Source: Paragordius varius (lineage: Eukaryota > Animalia > Nematomorpha). From it: a stretch of 64,000 nt of DNA. The stretch covers positions 9,672,001 through 9,736,000 of the forward strand of contig OZ176055.1 in the NCBI GenBank assembly GCA_964247055.1. Direction: 5' to 3'. The notes under the pieces are model-generated. The model was not told the DNA's origin. It saw nothing but the letters and a program-made list of their open reading frames with translations, and did not search any database. A program made the position numbers and the translations under genes. Positions 1 to 13,207 of this stretch are shown one piece after another (within the stretch, counting starts at the first letter, position 1; each line of letters opens with the position of its first letter).

Positions 1-47
1 ACCGTTAATTTATGAAAGAGTTAATAATATTCACATATATAAAATAC

Positions 48-1777
48 TTTGAATCAACTTGGAAATAAAATTCTTTATCGATCATCGGTTTCTCGTGGCA
101 AGTGTTATTGAAGTGACATATAAAGTTTTGAACAAAATTGAATAGTCCACTTGATAAGAGGGCTTTGCTATCAAAATGACCTAAGCATTAAAAAACGCAA
201 AATTATAATCCTTCTCTAAAATAAAAACTGATATGGGCAGCTGAAACTCAATGAAAAAAAGATACGCCGGTATATTAAATTTAAATTTAAATCTTTAGTT
301 TTATTTTACAAATTTTTATAAAAATAACAGCTGTTTACTTTTAGGATTATTCTCCATCTGGCAATTTTGAATGTAAATATTCAAATTTTTTGAAAAAATT
401 AAAATTAAGATTCTCATCAACATTTTTCCGCCGATTTTTTACAAAATTAATTTTCAAATAGCTAAAAATGGCATCTAATAAAATATTATGGTTGAAAAAA
501 AATTAATTATATTTCAATAAATTCCCAACTATCAATATTAATCAGCTGTTTTTTAAAACAGATATGAGTGCTATTTAGATTTTGGACTTTAGAACAAAAT
601 TGCATGAGTTTATAATTAAATACCGATAATATTTTTTACCACTAGATATCATCCAATGTAATCTTTTTTAACTAAACTCTTACCTTTTTTTTATAAATTT
701 GAACCATTTTGATAAAATAAATATAATTTTTTGGCTCAATTGATAAGGCTCAGGTTCTTATTAAGGCATTTATAACAAACACACTCATCTCAATAAATGT
801 GTGTCGATTTAAATACGAAAACTGAAATTATACGGACAAAACGATATAAAGACATATATTTTTTCTCAAATACAACCATACTTTTAAAATCTAGATTTAT
901 AACAATATAACTCATCAATTTAACTGACAAAGTGTGAAATAGAGATATATATATAAGACTAACACAATTATATATTTTACAATTGTAACTAAATAGCTAG
1001 CTTATATAAGAAAAATTAAGGTTTTGAAAAGTATGGTTGTCTTTTAGTAAAAAAATATTTGTCTTTAAATTTTTACGTTTTATCCGTATAATTTCAATTT
1101 TTACTGTAAGTAATATGTGATTTTCTTTAATAGGACATACATTCTGATTGCATCATTGTTAATCCCTTTTCATTGCTTAAACGGATAAGGACAATAATGA
1201 ACACAAGAAAAAGCGGCCATAGAATATCAAAAAGTAGTCTAATCTATAAAAAATGTAAATTATTTTTTAATGTTAAATTAAATTAAATAATATTATCAAT
1301 TTATCCTAAATATGATAGAAACCTGTAAAATAAGGTAATATAAGATATTATTTAGTATTTATTTTTTAAAATTAAATCGACACAGTTTAGAGATTGTTTT
1401 TTTGTCTGGCCTAACCGTTGGTTATCTTTTTTTTCTTTTTTATTAAATCTAATTTAAATTCGACTTGTTGATCAAAGGTCAAACAAAATTAAGGACAAAA
1501 TGTGACTTTTAACAGTATGAGGCGTGATTTACACCGTTTTTTAAAAAGTGGGATGGATCCCTTTGGCTATTGAATGTTTAAAGAAAGGAAATCGTTAATT
1601 TGCCATCAGTAGATGAAAAAATAATCTCCAACATGTTTGATATTTAAAATATGTTGAATCTCTTTGATATAATCTCAAAAGCACATAAAAGAATATTTAG
1701 TATAATACCTTGTTTTTTTGGACCATTTTCATGTGTTTCCACATGAGCAGTAAGAATTGGTGAAGTTTTACGTTCAT
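48..1777 (-). CDS. ABCA: ABC transporter subfamily A, first three coding exons (gene continues beyond the left edge)
   Basis: Exons 1777-1709, 1243-1141 and 180-48, all GT-AG with matching phases, splice to MNVKLHQFLLLMWKHMKMVQKNK-IRLLFDILWPLFLVFIIVLIRLSNEKGLTMMQSE-CHFDSKALLSSGLFNFVQNFICHFNNTCHEKP. This matches the ABCA1/4/7-type N-terminus (QLxLLLWKN, first TM with WP, CHFxxKAxxSxG...C...N.C). The donor at 47 is less certain. Not in the ORF track because the exons are short. Confidence 0.88.
816..1106. mobile_element. MITE family A copy in ABCA intron 2
   Basis: Same TIR core (TACGGACAAAACG...GACAACCATAC and its inverse), ending TTTTACTG|TA. Confidence 0.8.
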
Positions 1778-2489
1778 TGTATAAAGTTATATCTTAGCAT
1801 TTTATCTCTAAATTTCCAGGAATAGATGTGGAATTACTCGTCATGGCTTTTTTATAAGTTAAAGATGTATGTATGTATAATTATAAGATAATAATATGTA
1901 TAGTATACATTTTAGAAACATATAAATATATATAATACATTGAGTGAAAATAATATGGAACGACTGACACAACCACATTATATTTTCACTAATTATAATT
2001 TACTAGGGACAATGAAAGTAGGATAAAAATATAGAAATATTTATTTAGGTCTTGGTCACTTAAGGCCTCCGGTAATTTAGACATTATAAGAATTATAAAA
2101 AAATAGAAGAATTTGAAATCGGAAAATATAATTTTAGTAAAGTAGGACGTTATTAAACTTTTGACACTTCTCTATAAACAAAATTATGATTTATCATAGG
2201 CACAATGTAATAATTTAAAAGATTTATTGAAATAGCCTTTTGTCCTCAAAGTAGAGAATTCTTGTCATATATAAATGTAAAAACTTTATATAACATTTAT
2301 ATTATATAACCAAAATTTATTGCTCTGGGAATTCAAGTTTTTATTGACACCATAAGGTGTTTCAACTATAATAATTTTACCGATTTATGATAATAAATTT
2401 AAGGTATTAAAATTTTTTACTGAAACTACCTCCAAGGGAAACGAAAATTATTATAGGTGAAGTCAATACAAAATTTATAAAATATTTTA

Positions 2490-2830
2490 AACAGGTAGTG
2501 ATAACGTATGTGTTTAAAGCATATATTATCTAAATCAGCGGGTTTATTAGCCATAATATCCATTACAAATAGGAAAATGTCACTTAGGGCAGCACTTAAA
2601 TGCTATAAATTTTATTAATCAAATAGAGTCCTTGGATTATCATTCTTTAACCATGTTAAATTATTAAATAATATTCTCAAATAAAACCGATTAAAATGTT
2701 GTTAAAAAAGCCTATAATAATTTCGAATAAATTCAGGAAATTTCATTATTCTAAGTCCTGTTAGGCTAAAATCTTAGTATATTTGTTCAAAAAGGTTGTA
2801 ATCATTCATTTTCTTCTTTTAACTGAACCT
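2490..2830 (-). mobile_element. Highly decayed non-LTR RT fragment (tentative)
   Basis: The minus frame DYNLFEQIY*DFSLTGLRIMKFPEFI...LSAALSDIFLFVMD loosely follows L1/Tx1 RT motifs 3-4 and has many stops. Confidence 0.25.
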
Positions 2831-5279
2831 TTACATTAGTTTTCAAAATTTTATTAAAATCAAATTGCTCAGTAAAATGATAAGCAAACATGAGTCAGAA
2901 ATGGAACGAAAGATAAAAATTATCAGAAATTTTACATCGGTTAAAGAAATTATAAGATATTAACTAAGGATATATTAACTTTAAAGCACCAAAAATCAGA
3001 ATAAAGTTAATTATATAGAATAGAATTCTTTCATATCGAGGCTGGAAGACATAAACACTGGTCTCATTCACCCTCGAACAATTCAAATCCCTAAAAATAA
3101 AATATGTGTTTTCGGGCTAATATAACTCATTATTAATATATGTTTATCGCTAAATTTATTATTCTTTCAGTATTATTTTAATTTTAAACAAAATATTATT
3201 TTTTAAAAATATAAAAAGCCAATTTTTAATCTTAAAAAACACGTAATTTATTTTAGGGTGAATTTGAATTATATAAGGGTGTTGAATTGCTCAAAGGTGT
3301 TGAAGTGTAAATAGTATATTAAAGCATAAAATTGGTTAATGTCATTGCATTTAAAGGCAATAACGGCGTAAAACATCCCATTAATTTAGGGTAAAATCCA
3401 AAGATAATCCAATATTTAAATTGATCTCATCAAAACACCACTGAAAGGGACGGTTAATATTCAAACACCTTTGCAATTCATTCCAAAGAATATCATTATA
3501 ATATACAATTTAAAGTTCAAATTCACTCTAAAATGTGTTTTCAAACTAATATAACTCATTATTAATATGAAATAAAATTTTATGGCATAGTTTATTATTT
3601 TTTCAGTATTATTTCAATTTAGAACATAATTTTTAAAAATATAGGTAATTTTTAATCTTTATATATATTTGAGGTTAAATTTGAATTGTTCGAGGGTGAA
3701 TTTAAATTGTTTAAGGGTGAATTCGAATTGTAAATGGTATGTATCATCAACTGCATATAAAAAGCAAAACAATATTTTTTTTAAAAATATTTTTTTGTTG
3801 GCTCCGAAAGTCATTTTCTGAAATGAGCCAGTTTCTTACAACTTCCTGACTTTTTAGGGTGGTTAATCCCAGGCGATTCTAAATTTAAATACTATAAAAA
3901 GTATTTAAGGTATTTTGTTACAAAAATGTAAAATTGTAACAAAATCATCAACTCAAACTTTTTTGCCGTCATTTTTTTCCCATAATTTTTTTTAATCGCT
4001 AATGCAACAGGCAAATTAATGTATATTATCAAAATGCAAATAATTAACTTTTAAAAGATTTCAGACTTGATTTTACCAGCGAAAACTTGGTATATTTTGA
4101 TTTTCATATAAGCTATTTATCTTAATCGTGTTTTGGAGCTCCAATTTTCAACTCTAGAAGTCAACTGTAAAAACATAATTTTTATTTGATACATGAGAAC
4201 AAGGTTATTTAGTTTTAACTGAAATACTCACAAAACAGTAGTTCATTTACAAAATTGAGCTTTAGGATATTAAATTCCTCCAATATGTCAACTAAGATGA
4301 AAAGTGAAAAATACATGAAGCTTTGAAATAAACGCATAAATGCCGAGATTGGCCGATAAAAATTTTATATATATATGCTAAATTTACCGCATACTTTTTT
4401 CAATTTTAGAGCAAAATCTTTTTAAAGCACACTTCAAAATATTTTGAGGCATGATAGAATTATAAAAACGATATATAATATAAAAACCTATTCAATATAT
4501 GATAATACTGAACGTTTCTATCACCTTATGATTGAAATATTCGTTCACCTTCACATTTATATTAAATTAATATTCAACCAAACTTGAAAGCAAACTATAA
4601 TATCTTATTGCTTTATATCGGTTCCATCATCCCTCACAATAATATAAAGTACGCTTCAATAAAATTTTGCTAAAAATTAAATTTTTGAAAAAAATATGCT
4701 TTTTTCGAAAATATTTTTATTTATCAATTAGCATATATTAAAATTTTTTACGCGCAAGTTCGGCATTGATGCGTTTATTTTAGAATCGGAGTTTCGGACA
4801 CATATAAAGATTAATTTTTTAAAAAATTTGTTTGCTTTTTATATGCAGTATAATATATTTTAGTGATATTTTTTGGAAGGAAGTATTTAGCAAAAATTTT
4901 TAAAATTGTGCACAAATTTTGCTATTTTTATATATGAATCACTTACTAATAAGTATAAATACCTTTCTTAAATTACTTGTAAGGGCCAAAAACTAAGAGT
5001 ACCAAAATGCACCTGATACAATTCCTATCAGATTATTTTTTTTCATCAGTTTTTTATACCCCCCGATCTTGTACGAAGTGTAAGTAAATGTACCCCACGC
5101 CATAATATAAAGTCGCTAAATTATATTAGGTATTACATGTGAAATATTTTTTTGATTTTTTAAAAATAAATATTTTTATTTACAAATTAAGTTATTTTCA
5201 ACTATACATATTTCTTGATCCAAATTTTAATTTTGCGAATAATTTTTATCATTTGTTACCATTTTAGTTAGGCAGCCAC

Positions 5280-6549
5280 ATGCTTACTACAAAATTTGTG
5301 ATCTCTGTTTTTCATAGAAAAATATGTTATAATTATATGAAATTACACTTAATTCCCAAACGTCTGGCCGGACATTCTCATTGGCAAAACGTAAAGAATA
5401 CTAAAATGGCAAAGGATCACCAAAAATCTCTTCTTTTCAATTATTTAGTGGTTCAAATACGACACGCTATTAAGGAAATGAATGGCAATACCAATCCAGA
5501 AACTAACCCGAGATTAGCAGAAGCTCTTAAAATGGCTAGGACTAATATGGTACCAAAAGCGACCCTGGAAAAAGTTTTGAAAAAATGGGGAGATTCATCC
5601 GATCAGAACGAAACACATTATTACGGGGTAAAGGGACCTAACGGTGTTGTTTTTATCATTGAATGTTTGACCTCCAAACCTAAAATCATAGGTACTGATG
5701 TTACTGTTGTGGCGAAAAAATCGGCGCTGCAAATTGCCGATTACCAACAACTGCTATATGCATTCGATAAAAAAGGTGTGATTAAAGTTTTTAATTCTGA
5801 TCGTTATGCTATTGACGCAAACTCAGCCGTTAATAAATACATGTTATTTGATAAAGCCGAAGAAATTGCCATTGAAAATGGTGCAGAAGAAGTCATTGAA
5901 GATTACATTGATGATACAAACGATAATGACACAAATACTTATCAAAGGTTTTTTTGATAATTAAGTATAAACAGTAAAAATATAATTATACAGACAAAAC
6001 GTATTCAAAAGAATTTTAGTATAAACAGACCACTATACTTTTTCAAATAATTTTTCCATAAACTATATATTTAAATTTTGATTCACATAAGTTGGTGCAA
6101 TACTTATTTGTATTACCAATTTTCATTTCATAGCCCAAAAATATACAACTATTTTTTGTTTTGTTTTTACGGTTTCTGTTTAATCTAAATCTTAACTTTA
6201 CAATCATCATGTTTTTAGGGATATCCTTCAATTTATAGTTCCGCTGCAAGAATTCAATAATATTCGAACATCGCTATCTAATCAATATTCTTTGCCTATA
6301 CGTTCGGCCGAAATCGAATACCTTCCCAAACCTGAACACATGGTAAAGTTAACGGAAAAATTACCGGTAAAACTTTGTCAGCGGTTCTTCGAGAAAGTTT
6401 CTGAATTAATTCCATCACACAACAAAATTTATACGAATTTAGATCCCACATCGTTTGCGCAATTGGAAAATACTTCAAATGACATAGCAGACGATAGTAA
6501 CGCAACGGCAATTCTCAACACCCTAAAATCTTCCATAAAAATTAGATAG
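5280..6549 (+). CDS. TACO1: Mitochondrial translational activator TACO1 (YebC/PmpR family), 2 exons
   Basis: Exon 1 5280-5947 and exon 2 6219-6549 (phase-2 GT-AG intron 5948-6218). Motifs AGHSHWQNVKNTK, NPETNPRLAEAL, KGPNGVVFIIECLT, AEEIAIENGAEEV, SAEIEYLP and KIYTNL match TACO1/YebC. A basic, presequence-like N-terminus precedes AGH. Confidence 0.92.
5972..6201. mobile_element. Degenerate MITE family A copy filling most of the TACO1 intron
   Basis: CAGTAAAAATATAATTATACAGACAAAACGT left end; eroded right end. Confidence 0.6.
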
Positions 6550-6812
6550 ATAGATAGATAGAATAAAATTTTGGCTTTCAAATTATTTTATTATATATAT
6601 AGGGATTTTAATAAATTTTTGATATTTAACACACATGTTTGATAAAGGAATGTTTGTTATATACATTTAACATTTTTTCGTCAATAACTTTGACTCTATA
6701 AAATCGGGGATTATGTGATTAAATGATATATATTGCAGTATGTGTCCCAGAGAATAGTTATGTATATAAATTTCAATAAAATCAAACAATGTTAGATATA
6801 TTAGGAGGATTT

Positions 6813-7447
6813 TCATAAATTCAATTGTCTTCTATCCATTCTCCATGAGCCACACTTGGGGAAATCTAGGGGGACTTTGAGCATGTTTTCGTATTCTCCA
6901 ACCTTAAAGACCACAGCCATCCCACCCAGCAAATGGAATCCCAAATGACAATGAAATATCCAAAAACCTTTACGTTTAAGATCAAACATAAAATTATTTG
7001 TAACGATATTTATTGAATCTTCAATAACTTTTATTCAAAATATTACCTGGATTATCGGCCTTAAATCTTACAATGGCATAGCCTCCTTCTGGTACCGTTA
7101 CTGTGTCTTTAATGACTGGCATATCGAAATTTCGTTTAAGTTGACCCAATTCGTCCAATCTTCTCACCTTGCAAATATATTAATTAAACATATTTTAGCG
7201 TATCGTTTCGAAATATTAGATTTAGGAGTAAACTCTGAATCGAAATTAAGGAACCGTTTCTGGTTTAATTCCTAGTAAATTTTTAATTTTTCTTTAAAAA
7301 TAACGGTTAAATTGTTCCGTTAATTATATTAGTCTGTTTTCATGGTCATAAAATCTGATTCTATAATATACAGATTTTTTTAACAAAAGGTGAGTGCCGA
7401 TATAAACTATGATGCTGCACACTTTTATGGTTTGGGTTAATTTGATA

Positions 7448-7491
<44 letters not shown>

Positions 7492-10064
7492 CATTGAATT
7501 AGTCATATTTAGCAACATCTTTCCCTTTAAAACTGGTGATTTGGTCACATCTATTATATTTTGTACCTCTTCAATCCTAAGTTGGGATCCTAAGCGTTCT
7601 TGAGCCAAAATGGCAAAGGAATATCCATGCAAATGAAACGTGTGGGTATCTCGTTTTAAATTATGGCCTATTATAATAAAATTTATAATTTTTAGTTAAA
7701 TATATAGTAAGAATTGAAATTATACAGACAAAACGTAAAAACGTGCGACAAATATTTATTTTCAAAAGACAACTAAACTTTTTTAACGTTGATATCTGCT
7801 ATGTAAAACAAAATTCACAGCTAAATTTCATATACTTTTCAGTTTAACAATAATGTGTTATAAAATTAGTATTTAAAATATATGGTTGTCTTTATAAAAA
7901 AAATATATGTCCTGATGTTTTAACATTCTGTCCGTATAATTTTTGGGTTAAATATAATATTTTATTATATGAATTTTTTTCGGGCAAATTACTTTCATCA
8001 GCTATGATTAATTCCACAATTTCTCCACTGTTAATTTCGTACGAATTCACACAATGGCACACCTTTTGACTTGAACATTCTGGATTGGATTCTAGGTTAC
8101 AGAACTCAGCCTTTGACACGTCTGGATATTGACTGAGCAGAGGTGAGGTTGGATGAATAAATGAAATATTGTTAATATTGGGCAGTTCTATTGAAATATT
8201 TAGAGTTAGATAAATGTTAAACAAATATTGGCGATTTTTAGTTTAAATTTTATAAAAAAACTTTAATAACGCCTGTTAAATTTGTAGGGGCGCTAATTTA
8301 ACAACGCTAAAATATTTGATTCTTGAAATGATGAACATTTGAAATTAAAAATCAAGGGTACTAATAGTAATTAACATATCTATAAGGTCTCTTAGTTCTG
8401 AATATTATTTTTATATATTAAATAGATTTCAAATCATTGCTCTTTTAATATTACAGTAAAAATTAAAATAACGGACAAAACGCAAAAATATAAAAATGAC
8501 AAACATTTTTTTCTAAAACACAACCAACCATACTTTTTAAATCTTGGTTTTTTAAAAATTAGTCATTGTATACAATTGCAAAGTACAAAATAGAGATGTA
8601 TATTGGTCACACAATTAATTATTATATAACTAAACAATTTATACAGGAAAAAATAAGGTTAAAAAGTATGGGGTTATCTTTTGAAAAAGAAAATATTTGT
8701 CTTTATGTTTTTACGTTTTGTCCGTATAATTTCAATTTTTATTGGACTGCTTGGGACACAGATTTATCAGTTGAATCATGAATCATGTTCACGTTACTTT
8801 TGATTATAATTTATAGCCATTTTTGATAACAGCTGTCGGTATTGATCCTAATTGATATTTAACATAAATGTTTTTCTTAATATACTCAAAAAAATTTATA
8901 ATCATTTTAATTTAGGATTTTGCCGTCGTTAAAATTTATTAAATTTAATTTAAAAAAAACTGAGAGTCTGTGTTCACTTTATACTGTTTATATTACTTTT
9001 AAATTTATTCTCAAACAACTAATTAATTAAAGGGGATTCTTTATTTTTACCATTTCCTATGGAACTATCAACAAACATGTAAATTTTTCGAAAGTTTTCA
9101 GAGCTCATTAGATCCTTCATATTGTATTGCGTAGGTAAAGATTTTATATCTGTGAGTGGAATGCAAGTGTGCATTTCACATCTATCATAATCTGACAGTA
9201 AATTGAAAATCTAAAATAGAATTTGAAAAAAAACATAGGATATACTGTTTGAAATTTAGTAGTGAAATAAAGAATTTAATAATAAGTTTAAACGTAAGGA
9301 TATAAAGACAAATTTTTACTAAAGCCGCTAAATACTATTAACGCTGATTTTATATTAAATATAACTCATTGTTTGAAATTGTAAATATGAAATAGAGACG
9401 TAAATTGGTACAATCAATTATATATTCTGGATTTGTTTAATTACTTATAAGGAAAAATAAGGTTTAAAAATATGGTTATTGAAAATAATTGCCTTTTAAA
9501 AGCTTTGTGTCTCTGTATAATATTAATTTTTAGTGGACATAAGTCCGGTCAATATTCTCGATTGTAAAAATCCCCTAATACTCCATATGCCGCCATTATA
9601 ATTTAGTAATGAATGTTCAAAAAATTTATTACCGAAAGTTTTAAACTAAACTAAACTAAATTATAACCTTATAATCCTTGTTTATTGGTTCTTGTGTGGC
9701 AAAATCAACCCTTGAATTTTCAATCATATTCAACACTTCCACTATGCTAAGCGAAGATCTTTCCTTTTCCGTATATATTAGGTAGGAGGTAGCACTTGAT
9801 ATCATAGAGTTTTTCTTGCAAACGCCCGAACCTTGCCATTTCATTTCAAAGACAAAATTATTTTTTGTTGTAATATTGCTTAAACTGTTAGCAACACCAT
9901 CAAACTGGTTATTTGTCAGCCAGGCATCGGTAATAGGTTCCAGGAAAACGTCATATCTAACATATTGATTGGTATGAGTCAGATATTTACAAGAATTTTA
10001 CAAGTGCAATAATAAAAAAAACTGATACAAATATAACCTAAAAATTTTTTTGGGGACAGTTTCT

Positions 10065-10101
<37 letters not shown>

Positions 10102-13100
10102 ATTGTATATGATAATAAACATAAATCCAAGGATTATCACTGATTTACATACAGATTTTAATCATAATAACGCCCGTATTATGCAGCATGGAGAAAGACT
10201 CGATTAATCCACATTCTTAAAAACGGTAAAATATAAAAGGCAATTTTTCCAAGCATTAATTTTAAAAAAGGAACTAAAATATTTATTGTCAGCAGAAGAT
10301 TAAAATGGGGCTATCTATACCCTTCCTAATAATGTCAATATTAAATAGCGGAATTGAGGTATTTAAAACTGGGCTAAAAAGATAAGCGACACCGCTATTT
10401 CATGGTAACACATTAACAACAAATTACTCCTATTACCTTTCAGGCTATTGTCGGCTATTATAAATCCGATAAAATAGTGTATCAAAATTTCTATTCTACA
10501 ATCAAAGCCCTGGCAAAAACACATGTTAAAGCTAATGAAATATTTTATAAATACCTTTCACTCGTATAAATGTACATTTCATCCACAATGACTGGTTGAA
10601 AAGCATGGCCATCTGAGCGTACAATTTTTAATCGATGTCCTTCGATGGACAATGAGATTGGACAATACAAGAATCCATTACTAACTATTCGGAGAAAGGG
10701 CTTCTGACCCCTGGGATTATATATAAAATAGGATGGTGGACTGTTTGCATTGCCTAGAGTTTTGATTTAATAAATTATATTTTTGATTTCATATGCTCTA
10801 AAAACAGTGCTTATAAAGATATAAATAATATTTAGAAACAATACAGAAAATTTAATAAGATAAAATATAAAAACTAACAGACTAATATCTTTTTATTATA
10901 AATTTCGTTAAATATAGTGGGCGTGACTGCAAACATCAGCTGATTAATAATTAAATATATTATTCGATAACTAAACTTTTCCAATCAAATGAAATTTCAA
11001 TAATTGGCATCTTTACAAAAATATTTAATAAGACTATTTTTTATAAAAAACGAATTTCGAGATTTTCCATATAACTTTTATATAAGATTACCATGTATAA
11101 TTCATAACTGATTGTTTTTTCTACAATAACCCAAAACAATAAAAATATGGTTTGCTTTGCTAAAAAATATTTTTGCGTATGTCTTTAAAATTTTTTCTTT
11201 TTACCGGATACATATATTTATTCATACCTATTCCACCCTGTCTACCGTTTACCACAATAGAAAAAAACGGGTCTTGATCTCTTACAAAGTATGGCGGATA
11301 AAAGATGGGTGACCAATCCTGAATTAATGCCACGGAATTTAAATCATTCTCGTAGTATTCGTATTTTGGCCCGCTTGTCATGGGGTGCTTGGGACGTACT
11401 ATTAAACCACCAGCTACACCTACATACATATACAGTAAAAATAATTGCGGAATTTTACAGAACAAAATGTAGAAACTTAAGGACAAAAATATTTTTATTT
11501 CTCAAAAGACAGCCCCATACTTTTTTTGTTAATCGTAATTTTTACATCAACTATTTCAAAAAATATGTAATATATAAAAAATTGAGTTACCAATTTACAT
11601 TTTTATTTTCACACTCCACAGTTGGAAACAATAAACATTTTTTTTATTTTTTCTTTATCCTGAAAAAGGGTTTTAGAAATATAACCGAAAATTAGATATT
11701 TATTAAATAAATTAACTATTTATTTTTTTAAATTTCATTTATCCGCGTTTTTGCCATTTACTTAAACTATATATAGATATGCGTGATTCTTTCCTTTTTT
11801 TAAAAATAAATCAAGCTTAAAAAAGTACAGTGGCCTTTTGAAAAAAAATATGTCTATCTATTTTTACGTTTTGTCTGTCTAATTTCATTTTTTACTGTAT
11901 TAGGCATATACATCTGCGGTAATCACCAAAAAAATCTTAAAGGGCCGCAAAAAATATTTATCTTGTGTCTCAAAGGCCGTGCACCATGTAATACAAATAA
12001 AAATTTCATAACTGTGAGAAAATTTAAGTAGATCAAAAAAATTTTTAAATAAATAATTCAGGGTTACAAAAAAGCACTTTACCACTGATATAAACAAAAA
12101 AGGTACATTTATAAAAATTAATAAACGCCAAACTATACGAAAAACTAATGTTTTTTTACCTTGATCTCTTACAAGCGCAGCATGAGCATGCCAAAAATGA
12201 GTTCCGGCCGGTTTTGCCTCAAACACGTATTCAAAAGTTGTACCAGGTTCAATTCCACATTGCGTTACCATGGGAACGCCATCCATAAAAGGTGTGGTTT
12301 CCTGATGAATCCCATGCCAATGGATCGTGAGCGATTCTCCACTCAATAGTTGATTGCTAACATTTACCATGACTATATCATCTTCGCACACCTTATTATA
12401 GAGAAACTTTGAAATTTATATTAAAAAACAACTTAATCCTGATTTTATTTTTTTTTGAAAATAATATTATTAATATCTATTATTTATTATGGATTTATTT
12501 ATAGTTTTGATTCCATATTTTTTGGAGAAAAAAACGGTTTTAAACTTGATTCCGATCTTATTTTTAAGCTTAAATAGGCGGCTACGGTTCCCTTGTTGTT
12601 TAGTCTAATGACACGAATGGGTTTTATTTTTTAAACTTAATGACATCTTAATTATTATGATAAATGGGAATAGTAAGCCAATATATATAATGTATAGAAT
12701 AATTTTTTATGAAGCTGGAATATTATAATAATATGTATGGGGACAAAATATTACAAAATTAAGGTCATTTAAAACTTGAAGTAGATAATAATTAAAAAAT
12801 AATCAAATTCATAGAACCGTAGTTGAGACCGTCACGGTTTTTACCTTATTTCGAAAAAAAAACCCCATTGAGTAATCGTTTAAATATATTTTAAAGCAAT
12901 TAACCCTAATTTCAGGCCCAGGGAATTGATTGTTGGTCAAATAAATGGGTCTTAGGTGGCCATCAGCAACGGCGCAACCAGGTAAATAGCAATCTGCCTT
13001 AACTTGTGGACATTGACCACAATAGTGTGGGTTTAGGGTTCGCGTATAAGTTACGGTTAAATCGTATTGGCAAATTTTTATTTCTGTGTTAGGGTTACAT

Positions 13101-13207
13101 GGTCGATCACATGGATGCAGGGGTTTAATCATTTGTCCATTTACGGTTCCAATAATAAGAAAAATAAAGACAAGAGGTGCCACAAAAGGGAAAAGGTATG
13201 TCATCAT
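6813..13207 (-). CDS. Secreted three-domain multicopper oxidase (laccase-like), 10 exons
   Basis: Exons 13207-12905, 12391-12160, 11419-11228, 10753-10555, 9956-9668, 9210-9051, 8187-7993, 7667-7567, 7167-7047 and 6967-6813, all GT-AG with consistent phases. Signal peptide, Cys-rich N-terminal region as in arthropod laccases, and all four copper-binding segments: [30 protein letters not shown]. Confidence 0.93.
7451..7487. repeat. (TA)n microsatellite (representative)
   Basis: Further (TA)n tracts lie at about 10069-10098, 17832-17870, 25247-25281, 37096-37121, 44605-44628, 46128-46161, 53241-53281, 54631-54652 and 62470-62488. Confidence 0.95.
7705..7950. mobile_element. MITE family A copy in oxidase intron 7
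   Basis: TIR cores at 7712-7770 and 7880-7940. Confidence 0.7.
8454..8746. mobile_element. MITE family A copy in oxidase intron 6
   Basis: TA|CAGTAAAAATT...ACGGACAAAACG left end; inverse core CGTTTTGTCCGTATAATTTCAATTTT. Confidence 0.8.
11433..11897. mobile_element. Long MITE family A copy in oxidase intron 2
   Basis: TA|CAGTAAAA...TTTTACTG|TA termini with an enlarged interior. Confidence 0.75.

Noticed and set aside
7324-7632. ORFs containing YIYIYI runs (also 17738-17959 and 25217-25438)
   Set aside because: (TA)n microsatellite read-through; only 7667-7567 is a true exon.
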